Assembly (NCBI GenBank): GCA_025786725.1
Contig: JAHLTZ010000030.1
Span: 248,001 to 312,000 of the forward strand
Reading direction: 5' to 3'
DNA: 64,000 nucleotides
From: Syncephalis fuscata S228
Taxonomy: Eukaryota; Fungi; Zoopagomycota
Positions 53,141 to 64,000 of this stretch are shown in pieces. Both the position numbers and the translations under genes were made by a program. The notes below the pieces were generated by a model. The model was not told where the DNA came from. It made no database searches and was given only the letters and a program-made list of their open reading frames with translations. How positions within the stretch are numbered: the first letter of the stretch is position 1; every line of letters starts with the position of its first letter.

Positions 53141-54342
53141 GTGTGATGGTTTATTAAAAGTGTTTATTAAGTTTATTTATAACTAATTATGGCTGAGATA
53201 GTTGGTGTTAGCTAGCTAAGCTTTGACAGATTTAATTTAGATAATAAAGTACGTATAGGAGTAGCAAGCTTAAAGAAAATGGATTAATACGAAATAAAGT
53301 AGGTTAGAAATAAAGATGGCGCAATCAACAATAGCTCAATGTTGTGCAAGTATAACGATATAGCGGTGTTTACAATAAAGGCTGTATTTGTAATGAATAA
53401 ATGCATACTAAATATAAATATGCAATAATGAGTATTTTTGATCACATACCATTCGTCACTCAGCTTTATCTTCAATAAATTAAACGCTATCAAAAGTAGT
53501 CATTTAACCTCAAATCATACCAAGTAGATACTCAAATGCCTAATATTAATCCAATAGTCTTGACATAAATAAATTATTGATACGCCTCTAGACCTACTTA
53601 CAAAACTCAACTAACTAAACAAACAAATATTCTTGCACTTGCCCTTTAATAAGTACAACTAGATACTTAATAACAAATAGTAACTTTAGATATTTTATTA
53701 AATCAACTTTTGCTGTGTATAAATAGCAAGTGAAACATACTAGTGGTGTTAGACAAGTGGCGATCACAAGCCATAAGCTTTGGCCTAGTTTTTTATTGTG
53801 AATTGTTAACAAAAACTAAACATCTTACAGCGTTTCTCAATGTTGCAGCCCTACACTTATCCGGTAATATTGCAGCACCTTGACCACTATCGCATTATAA
53901 AACGGATTGGCTAACATGGTTACAGCATTGCCGCCTTACCGTGAAACCTCCTTGAAGTAGCATCATTCAGCTCTCTATCTCTCCCTCTATCTTCAGTACT
54001 TGCATGCGGGGTGGGCGTATGTTCTCGCCTTCTCCTCTATTTCGCTTCTCTCTTTCTCTCTATTTTATTGCAGTGGTTGTGTGAAGGTTACTTTCTGTTT
54101 TACACTTTTCCCTTTGGCCGTTGTTACGCTACGCCATTTTAGTTTTGCGTATTCCCATTTTCTTGTTCGGACCACCAGCTTATCACTTCCACTCTAGTGT
54201 TTGTTTTCTTTATCGGCCTTTGGCCCGACCGTCTTCTTCGTTGTATATCACCTTGGCCGTTATTACTATCGGCATAAATACACACACGCACGTCATCTAG
54301 TTTGCGGGACTGTTACCTGTCTTTTGCTTCAAGGCTATCTTG

Positions 54343-55981
54343 ATGTTTAGTCACCGATCAAGCTTCGTTCGTCGTTGGTTGCAGCTGTTTAGTCTCCTAG
54401 TGCCGGTGTTGCTCTCTACGTTCGGTGTTGTAGTGACGCCGCATGTTGCCAATGGAGATATCATTGTTCTAGTGAGTAACGCCTAATCTGCACCTTGTTC
54501 AATTACTTACGCTATGTATGCCGCACGTTGCTAATTGACCTATAGGCTACCAATGAAACGTTTGTGGTAAGTCTATAGCTTAATAATAGCTATTGAATGT
54601 AAATTAATACTGACTACTTTATTTGCTACATACATATATCTATCTATCTACCCATCCATGTATATATGCATCTACCATATTATTGACGCTGCTAGTCTCG
54701 TATAGCAGCATTTGGACCTCGCATTTACGACGATGGCACTCCACCCGAGAAAGGCGAGCCACCGCTACCGTTTCCAGGACCGGTAGGCCAACTTTTACCA
54801 GTGGAAAACATTATGCCGAATAATCAGCGAGGATGTCAGCCCATTCCTGAGTCATTAAAACAAAAGCTACCAAACCAGAAATGGATTGCTTTAGTAGAGC
54901 GTGGTGATTGTTCATTCATTGATAAAGTACGAGCCATGCAAGACTCGGGTGCAGCAGCTGTTGTTGTAGGCGATAATCGTTGGGATAGTCTTATTACTAT
55001 GTTTGCTGCTGGTAAGTTCAATTTAATAGACGAATATATTGAATAACACGTACTAATTCTACACCGATATAGAGGATACATCAGATGTCAATATTCCATC
55101 TGTATTTACTCTTCAAATCGATTACCACCAACTGCGATATCTAGCATCGCACCTAGACCAGCCATTTATTGTTAAACTGCTTAGTGATGATGTAATTTCA
55201 TGGTAATGATTACATGAGCGCTTTTGCTCATTATTCTATTATAGTTTCAATAGCTAACACGGATTGAATAGGCCATTACTTGATATTCTTATTGTTACCA
55301 TTATAACACCTACGCTAATGATGGTATTTATCTACGCTATTTGGTATGTGCGCCAACGACAAGATCAACTGGCCGATTTAGCACCACGCCAAGTTGTCAA
55401 CAATCTGCCAACGAAACTATTTTCACAAGACAAATACCAGCGAAAATGATCCAGCCGAGTGTGCCATTTGTTTGGATGATTTCGTCGATGATGACCAATT
55501 GCGTGTCATGCCTTGTCGACATGAATTCCACATAGCCTGTATTGACCCGTGGCTGACTACACGAAAGCGATTCTGTCCAATTTGCAAACAGGATATATGT
55601 CCAGCCAACGAGCGAACACCATTGCTGGCCAGTCTAGGCGGCGGCGTCTCCAATGGTCGTCGCATGTTAAATAGACACTTTTCACTTTCTGGCATTCGAT
55701 CACGACTGGCATTGCCGACAACCACTAGATCGTATTCAAGCACCGATAATGCAGGTGAACACGAACCAGCATTATTACCATTATCGAGTGCAGGGGATGA
55801 GCTAGAACAGGGACAGGAGCAAGAACAAGAACAGGATGTACCTGGAGAAGAAGAAGGGGCATTGCTTAGTGTACTAGTTGTGCACCATTCTTCAGAAGAA
55901 GGAGAAGGAGAAGCGGAAGCAGAAGTGGAAGAAGAAGCTGTAACTGAAGATAACACAGCTCGTTCGGATACAAACCATTAG
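54343..55981 (+). CDS. PA-TM-RING E3 ubiquitin ligase (RNF13/RNF167/RMR-like); 21-nt micro-exon; frameshift near 55436
   Basis: Signal peptide, AAFGP, PA motif [37 protein letters not shown]2 CAICLDDF...[15 protein letters not shown]...CPIC. Confidence 0.92.
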
Positions 55982-56686
55982 TTTTAGTCTTTAATCTATT
56001 GTTGCAGTTCAATTTATAATCTGTGATGTTATTGTTTATAAGATGTAACGTGATATAAAACAACCAACAACAGTGAAATGCCTTGTACGAATAAAGTTAT
56101 TAAGTAAACGACAATTATGATTAATATTAATAGTAATAAACACCAATATTGTAATAATCCTGCAAATTAAACTTGCTGAAATGATGTGCGTAATGATAGA
56201 AAATACGTTATTATCTTGCATCGTTGGAATTCTTATTTCCTTTCTGTGTCCTCCGTTAATGGTCACACCATGTACGACCCACAGGAAAATAGTCTCCATG
56301 TTCTCCTTTTCCGTTCAAAAAAGAAATTGGCATGCAAAGGAAATGCTTAAACAACTCCTCCTTTACTGACCAGAAGACTATTAGTTAAACATATCAGTCA
56401 ATGTGTTTTGTTTAAATACAAGCTATGGGGCAATATAACTGACGATTTACATCTGTTATTATTGCTATTATCATTTATTGTATTTATCAATAGTTTACAC
56501 ACTTTATTAGCAACATTGATCAACGTTGCTTTAGTGCTTTATTACTGCGTTGCTACTCTACTCCTGCAACTGTGTGTGTATATATATATATATGCATACG
56601 TGTGTGCATAGTATGACTGGGCACTTTTTGTATCTATATTTCACTTTGTACTAGTCGTTATTACCTTCATTACAGCAATCGCAACG

Positions 56687-58252
56687 ATGCATACTTTGAA
56701 ATGGAGCTGGTCATCTTGCTACCACCTATTATTCTGTTCGTTGTTTGCTCCAATTCGTAAATGGTTAAGCTATATAGCTATTTCATGGATAGTGTTGCAA
56801 TGTCTAATGAATGAGCACCAGAATAGTTTATTTAGTGGGCACGTTGGTGTTAAGGCGGCCCCTACGTCCAAAGTAGGTGATTTAGCGTATTTCTACTATC
56901 TGATAGACTAACGATAGGCTAGATACGGTTGATGTCACCAGAACAAGGTAGATACGCGCTAAATAGTGCTAATTGATACTTAATAGATTGAATACTTGTA
57001 GCTTTATTAGATGCTCAGAAACTATTATCGACTATGACCTACTCGAATGCTTCATCAACTATAGATATGATACATGAAGCGATGGGACAACAAGTATTGA
57101 CGGTTGATGTGTCTTATCCTTCATCAACGATATTGCCAAAAAATAAAGATTGTGTGGCATCGGGTCTACTACCATCGGCAGATGAGTACCACGAATCAAC
57201 AAGTGAGGATGGTCAATCAAGATGGTGTCTCCATCCATATACTATGACATCAGCCGTATTAATTCCGAAACATGTTTGGAAGGACAGTGCAAATCATCGT
57301 CATAATAATAATGACGACACAGGCCATGGCGATTCAACGTGGATTGATTTTGACGATTTTATCGATACGGCATTTGAATTCATACGGACCGCGCTTTATT
57401 ATTTTATTGTCATTTATGTTATATTTCTTAGCATTGCTCTTCCCTATATACTGTATACCCAAATGCGTCGATGTTTTCTATGGTTTATGGGCAGTAATAC
57501 AAACGAGGGGGCCACAGATCAGTCGACGAGGCCACGAGTGCAGCGGGTGCACAACGGCCGTGTTGCCACCACCACGTATTGTGGCTTACCGATCAATTCG
57601 TACGCGACGACATTATGGAGGCACGGAAAATACACGTGTTAATTTATCTGAATTAAGCAGTGACGAGGAAGATAATAGGCCACTCGGTATACGATATACG
57701 ACTCGTATCAATCATTTGTCCGTATCGGCACCGGCTTCTGCATCAACCCAGCCACTTGTAGCATCATCACCATCACCACCACTAAATGAGGGACACAGTG
57801 GACATGAAGCACACTATCGCATTACTAATGGACACCATCCATCAGAAAATTACACCGCACAAGAGGAAGAGGAAACGATAAAGGCCCTAGATATAGAACA
57901 GAATGGATTGACCAACACGGTAGAGTGTCCCATCTGTTATGATCCATTTGTAGATAGTGATATTGTCATGGAATTGGGTTGTCGACACACCTTCCATTCA
58001 GGCTGTATTGGACAGTGGCTACGTCGACGTCACCCCACGTGTCCTATGTGTCGGGCTCATATACCTACGCATGGTTTAGATTACCGCCTATTAAGAATGC
58101 CATCACGCTATTCGAATGGATTCAATGCGCTAAATTATGCAGAAGATCCAACCTACCGACTAAGTCGAGACTATGCGTCACATTTTGTAAATCATCAGAT
58201 GAATGACGATCCAACCAATGGAGAGCGACGACCTCTACTACTTGATCGTTAA
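56687..58252 (+). CDS. Single-pass membrane RING-H2 E3 ligase; frameshift near 57600-57630; 5' exons tentative
   Basis: TM ALYYFIVIYVIFLSIALPYILY; RING-H2 CPICYDPF...GCRHTFHSGCIGQWL...CPMCR. Confidence 0.75.
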
Positions 58253-59118
58253 GTAGCTAGACTTTAGTCACTATAATTCATACTATTTTGTTGGTTTTTA
58301 TCATGAAGCAAGCGCTATGTAATTATTGTTATTTACTAAACTGTTTATTTGGCTAAAAAGTAGTGAATATAACTATAATAAATGTATATTTGGTAATTGT
58401 AGCTATATTTAAGCAAAATAATGTGGCTAAAGTGTTAATTAGCTAATTTACATTATTGTCTATAGTTTCAATAGTTAAGCAAATCTTTTAAGCACAATAA
58501 CGATTTACTATTAAACTAGTTAATTGCTATTATATTTAAGCCTATGGCCTTTGCTGTACTGTACCTGCATGCCATAAACCTGTAGCAGTACCACTTAAAT
58601 AATCATAAGCTCATTAGTTAACTATTTGTTTATTTACTAGAGAGATGGTAAATAGTACAATTTAACATAAACCAATTTTATTATTACTAATACTATTGTA
58701 ATAAATACTAATTAAAGTTATTTAATATACTAGTAATAAGTTATCTAGGCTACAAATCATTTGACCGATAGCTTGGTACACTGTTATTGTTAATCCATTC
58801 TCTATTACTATTATCATAATCATAGTATTATTATTAGCCTTTCAGTCTATTCATAGTGATTAAATAAGCAATTATGTTGCCTTATAAGCAATTCCATACG
58901 CTTAACTGTAACCTTGAATGCATATAAATTAAAGGGTCTATAAAATGACATACTATTTGTACTACTACAATTCGTATATTAGAACGTTTTGACCATTCCT
59001 TCGTTAATAAAATGAAAAAAAGAAACATCTAACCCTCGTTTCGCGCCAATCTCCTTTTCAACACCTTCAGCTTATTGCTTTCTTTTACATCTTCTATCCT
59101 ACTCGATTATAGCAAGCA

Positions 59119-60476
59119 ATGGAGCCCGAGTATAGTAACGGCTGGGATGACAATATTGACAGTGGTCTTGGAGGTAACGATGCATCTTCGACCGCCTTAC
59201 GTCGCTATTCTCCCTCGCCGTCTCCTAAGCGTAATTTATCGCGATCCCGTTCACGATCGCCAATACGCCAGTCTTTGAATAACGGCAATAACGGTGGCGG
59301 CTACAGCCGGTAAGTCAGCCAGTAATGCGATGTGTGTGCTCTATACCAACAACGATCTATATAGTCATGACGAAGGTAGACGCAACTATCGTCGGCGTTC
59401 TCGATCCCGGTCGCCAGCCAACAACAATCGGTAGGCATAATATGATGACAATCGTCATAGAGTTACACCTATGCTTATCTATTTATATCTATATTGTTAC
59501 ATTTACTGCTTTATTCTTTTTCAGCAGACATGGTCGTCCCTTTTACCGGGATGGGTCCAGATCACGCACAGACGATAGATATCGTCGAGGACCTTCACCT
59601 GGTCGCCGTGACCGACGCAGTCGATCGCCAAATAGCTCGTAAGTACTTTATACAGCTATTACTATATAGCACTGCATTTATATAATATAAACTATAACTG
59701 TTTACACTTATTTTATGCATAGATTTATGCCTCAGGCCCCACCACGACAAGCTAGAGTAAGTTGTTATTTGGCATTAACACTAATCTATTACTATTTGTT
59801 TACTTACTATGCTACACGCATATAGGAAAATCCTGAACCAACCAATGTTCTAGGTGTATTCAATTTAGACTACTATACCGATGAACGTGAACTACGTGAT
59901 TTATTCTCTCCATTTGGCGGCTTGGAACGTGTAGTAGTAGTGATGGACCGACGTGTAAGTATACAGAATAGCAACATATATTGCTAGACTAACTTGTATG
60001 CTAGAACCAAAGATCACGTGGATTTGCATTTGTCTACTTTTCCGATGTTAACTGTGCAGCTCGAGCACGTGAAGCAACGAATGGCAAGGTAAAGTATTAA
60101 TTTATATATATAAATTAAATATAACGACTTTATACTAATTATATTACAGATGATCAATGATCGTGGTATCCGTGTAGACTTTTCTATTACCAGGGAGGCT
60201 CATAAACCCACACCAGGTGTTTATATGGGCGAAATGGAATACAATAATGCTCCTAGTAATCGAGGCCGTGACAATCGTCGTGGCGGTGGTGATCGTGGTG
60301 GTCGTGGTGGTGGTGGTGGTCGCGGCGGTGATCGCCATGGCCGTCATGGCCGTCGTCGATCCCGCTCTAGATCCCGTTCTAGATCCCGTGATCGCTATGA
60401 GCGTCGTTCCAATCATCGTATCTCGCCACCGGCACCGCATTCGCGTCGCTATCGCAGCCGTAGCAGATCAAGATAA
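59119..60476 (+). CDS. TRA2: Transformer-2-like SR splicing factor (RS-RRM-RS), multi-exon
   Basis: ENPEPTNVLGVFNL, RSRGFAFVYF and the Tra2 signature IRVDFSITREAHKPTPGVYMG between two RS domains. Confidence 0.9.
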
Positions 60477-61056
60477 ATTAACCGCGATGGTGGCAATATA
60501 GCCGCATCTCGTTCATTATGACATGTTTTTTCCTTCTTTGATCATTTACCTTTATTCATTTATAACAACAATAACAGTAACAGCGACAATAGCAATAATA
60601 ATAATAATAATAACGACTACTACGATTACTACTACGATTACTAAGCAGTCATTATTATTCTTGTTATTGAATATTGGTTATCGACATACATTTATTCAAG
60701 AGATGCATCGAGATTTTTTGTCTTTGCTTTCCGTATAAGCATCATTTATGCGTCATTCAATTGATAAAGAAGCAAATTCATGACAATTGAGGAAGAATAA
60801 ACCATAATGGCCGTGTGTATAAGGGCTTCAACAAGAAGTGGAATAGAATAGATATTGAAAACTTGTGAAATAGTTATAGAATAGATACACAAATAGATAC
60901 ATACAATAGATACATACATGCATTAATTACAATACAAAAACAAACTCAGTCTATGACAACAATACAAAACAAATTCAATAGATGACAACGTACTAACAAT
61001 GACAGCAATTATTCTTATTCTTATTCTTATTATTGTTATAGTAATTGTGTTGATTA

Positions 61057-61911
61057 CTAAAGATCTTCTTCAGCTTTAAACCAGGTGGTATCAACAGATG
61101 GTGAAGATATGGGATTTGCAGCTGAAGAAGAGGAAGAGAGTAGAGCTTGTCCGTGATATTTGGTCAATTCGGTCAATAGTTCGGGATATTTTACTACAAA
61201 ATAGCTGACTAGTCCAATTACAATAAGAATAACCCATAATGGATCCATATTACGTGCTATAATGGATATATCAATATAGCCAGGTATTTGGCCAATATTT
61301 AATACAAATAAATGAATACATCAATAGGTAGTCTACATACCTTTCTTCATATGAACCGGTAACGGCATAACATGGCAAGAAGCAGCCGCCGATCCACTAA
61401 CCAGCAAACGAGCATCTGGACTAAATGCCAAGGAGGTGATGGCAAAATTATGTACTTGAGCTACATGCCGTACAACCTATACAGTATACAATATATGATA
61501 TAGATGAGTCTATATAGAATGAAGTAGAATATGTCTATATATTACCTGAAGTGTATGCGCATCAACTACACCAACGGATAGATCAGCTGATGCAAAGGCT
61601 AACCATCGACCATTATCGCTATACAAGATGTGTTAACAGGTAAGTATTTGTATATCTAATATTAATGTATCCATTCATTTATAATGATTAAATGATTATA
61701 ACAACTAACCTAATGGTGAAAGCGGTGGTTGGACACCGTCCAATACCTTCTTGAGCTATTTTACGATAACTAATAGTGTGTAATTTACACACAGTTGAAT
61801 GTTTACGATCAATGCTATTAATAATAACAAAGATGGCACCAATTGATTCACCTCGACCAAATCTAATAGATGTATAATATAATGAACAAGTTGTAACTAC
61901 TGATCTATCTC

Positions 61912-61946
<35 letters not shown>

Positions 61947-63085
61947 GTTACATACCGACAAGCCCGGAATTGGCATTCAATAGCATTGTTCAGTTTTGGA
62001 CTATCCAGTGTTTCGAGTTGTCTACCCGATGCCAGAGACCAGAAGCTCAATTCTTTGCCACATATCACGGCCATCTAATTGAATAGAGAATATGAAAGTT
62101 TAATAATAATTAATAATAATATGTCTATTAAGTGTTGTATCATTCCTGTTTACCTTATCATCTTCTGTATCAATATCCAAATCAAGTATATCTTGTTCAC
62201 CATGTCGATGAGGATAGATTGGTTCCAAAGAAGGATACGATAAAATGGATAACTATCACCAAACATTGTTAGTATTGCAGTTTGATAATATTAGTTCAAT
62301 AGACACTTACTCCACCTGATGAACTACCACAGGCAATTCTACGACCATCCTTGCTAAATCGAATAGCTTTCTAATAGTACATTATTGATGATATTTAATT
62401 AACTAATATATATATATATATATATACTAATACTTACTAAATAATCATCATCTGTATCCTTTGTACTTGATACTGTTGACTGTGTCTTTAATAGTTTAAT
62501 AGAACATGAAGAATTCTCTCTATTAGTTTATAAATATTAATTACTTTCTATAGTATTATATTAGTGTTATCTACTTACGTATCTTCCTCAGTCAGTTCAA
62601 ATACTCGACAATTATTATTATTATTGTTGTTGTTGTTGTTGTCTTGTTTATTGTCTTCAGCTGCGTTGATACCACAGGCAAATACATTATTCTATTATAA
62701 TATAACACGTTATGAGCTATTTGCTATTACCAATAACAAAACAATAATAAAAAGTATTGTAGTTATTAGAATTGAATACAATACTTGCCTCGTTATTGAG
62801 CGATAAACACATTGGTGCATCTTCATTTGGATTCAAATCCAATACTGCTGCTTCTTCAAGTCTACCTTCATCGAGGTCAATATCATAAAGCGCCTAGATG
62901 AATCACATCATTAGACGGCGCCTTTATCGTTTAAACAACGAGCGGCCTAGAGCTACTTGCCAATTTGTTTTTAATGCCACTCTTGTTATCACCACCGCCA
63001 CCACCAGCCATATACGGCCTTGCTTAGTAAAAGCAAGACAGTAGATTGGAAAGTCGGTAGCATAACTAAAAGCAGGACGGTCCAT
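61057..63085 (-). CDS. SEC12: Sec12/PREB-like WD40 Sar1 GEF with C-terminal TM, multi-exon; frameshift near 63005
   Basis: FPIYCLAF, GGGGDNKSGIKNK (K-loop motif), EDAPMCL, CQFRACRFG, HNFAITSLAFSPD, LVSGSA, TM PLWVILIVIGLVSYF. Confidence 0.85.
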
Positions 63086-63556
63086 TGTAGTAAACTACGA
63101 AGTAAAAGAAGTAGAAGTAGTAGTGGAATGAAAGCTGTTCCAATTCGTGAATTGTTTAGTGTTGACGTCAAGAACTGTTAAATAGTCATATATTTTATAC
63201 AAGTATTATGCTAAATGATTAATAGTTAATTAATGTTTAATAGTATTATTGTCACCATTTGTTATCTGTCAAATAGACAAATATATTCACTTATACACCT
63301 ACACATACACCACATGTCTATTCTCTGTGACTTTCTCCTCAAACACTTTTAACTATCTTTAACTAACCACTTCACCCTTCCATAGTCATACCTTAACACA
63401 CACACACACTTTCGCTCAAGCAACTCATCCTTCTATCATTTGTAGTAGTGCCAACTGTTCAATTAACCAAACTACAACTATTCTGGCGACTCACTTCAGC
63501 CCTTACACTAACTAGACACTTTTAGTTAGTCATTCCCTTCTACAGAAGGAATTATT

Positions 63557-64000
63557 ATGAATCTTGATCGAGGTGCTATACGATTGGACGCGCTCTCACC
63601 TACCACACCCACTACACCACCACTACCTATGACCGCCACAACCAACAACAATGCAAGCAACAGCAACAATAACAACAACAACAACAGCGATAGTAGTCGA
63701 CCGGCAGAGCCAACGGCTTTCTATGCATCTGAAGGTGTCTATCAAGCAACAAGGCATTTTTTATCGACCAAGCGGTCCCCAACTTGGCCATCGGCACACG
63801 TATCACATTGGTGACGGTTAAATCACGTGATCGTTTATCTAATAACGAGGATGTACCACTTGACAACAAAGGAAAATACGTACATCTTCAAGAACAGTAA
63901 TAGACTTAGTGTACAGCCACCTAATGGTGGTGTGGCCACGAACGAGGCGGCATCGTCGGCCAATTCATCATTAGTCGTACAGACGATGAAGAAGGGGGTG
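63557..64000 (+). CDS. 5' end of a protein-coding gene running off the window, possibly WDR20/CreC-like
   Basis: Low-complexity N-terminus, then TAFYASEGVYQ, loosely like the WDR20 N-terminal F.T.EG.Y motif. Frame breaks follow, so identity is weakly supported. Confidence 0.35.

Noticed and set aside
1-64000. tRNA, rRNA, CRISPR arrays, alternative genetic code
   Set aside because: None seen by eye; long ORFs translate sensibly in the standard code and the repeats lack a repeat-spacer structure.

Overview
AT-rich eukaryotic genomic DNA with many short (mostly ~50-100 nt) spliceosomal introns. It is most consistent with an early-diverging fungus; Zoopagomycota, e.g. the mycoparasite Syncephalis, is my inference and is not proven here. 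Compact blocks of housekeeping genes (CRAL-TRIO/Csr1-like, Spt23/Mga2, Kgd4/MRPS36, mitochondrial carrier, NASP/Hif1, Med9, AGX1, ACBD5/Atg37-like, UVSSA, two TM-RING ligases, Tra2, Sec12) alternate with gene-poor, repeat-containing stretches. Those stretches hold three paralogous 7TM GPCR-like genes, an intronless PA-domain S8 subtilase and a tandem trio of GH18 chitinases, all with a DxxNxDxE catalytic variant, a CBM19-like module and an uncharacterised C-terminal domain. Non-coding DNA contains two dispersed repeat families (one forming inverted repeats), a degraded MULE-like element, a TSD-flanked poly(A)-only insertion and two tandem duplications. Many genes have single-base homopolymer deletions that look like long-read assembly errors. 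All gene models, homology calls and alignments were made by eye; multi-exon CDS coordinates are start-to-stop spans.
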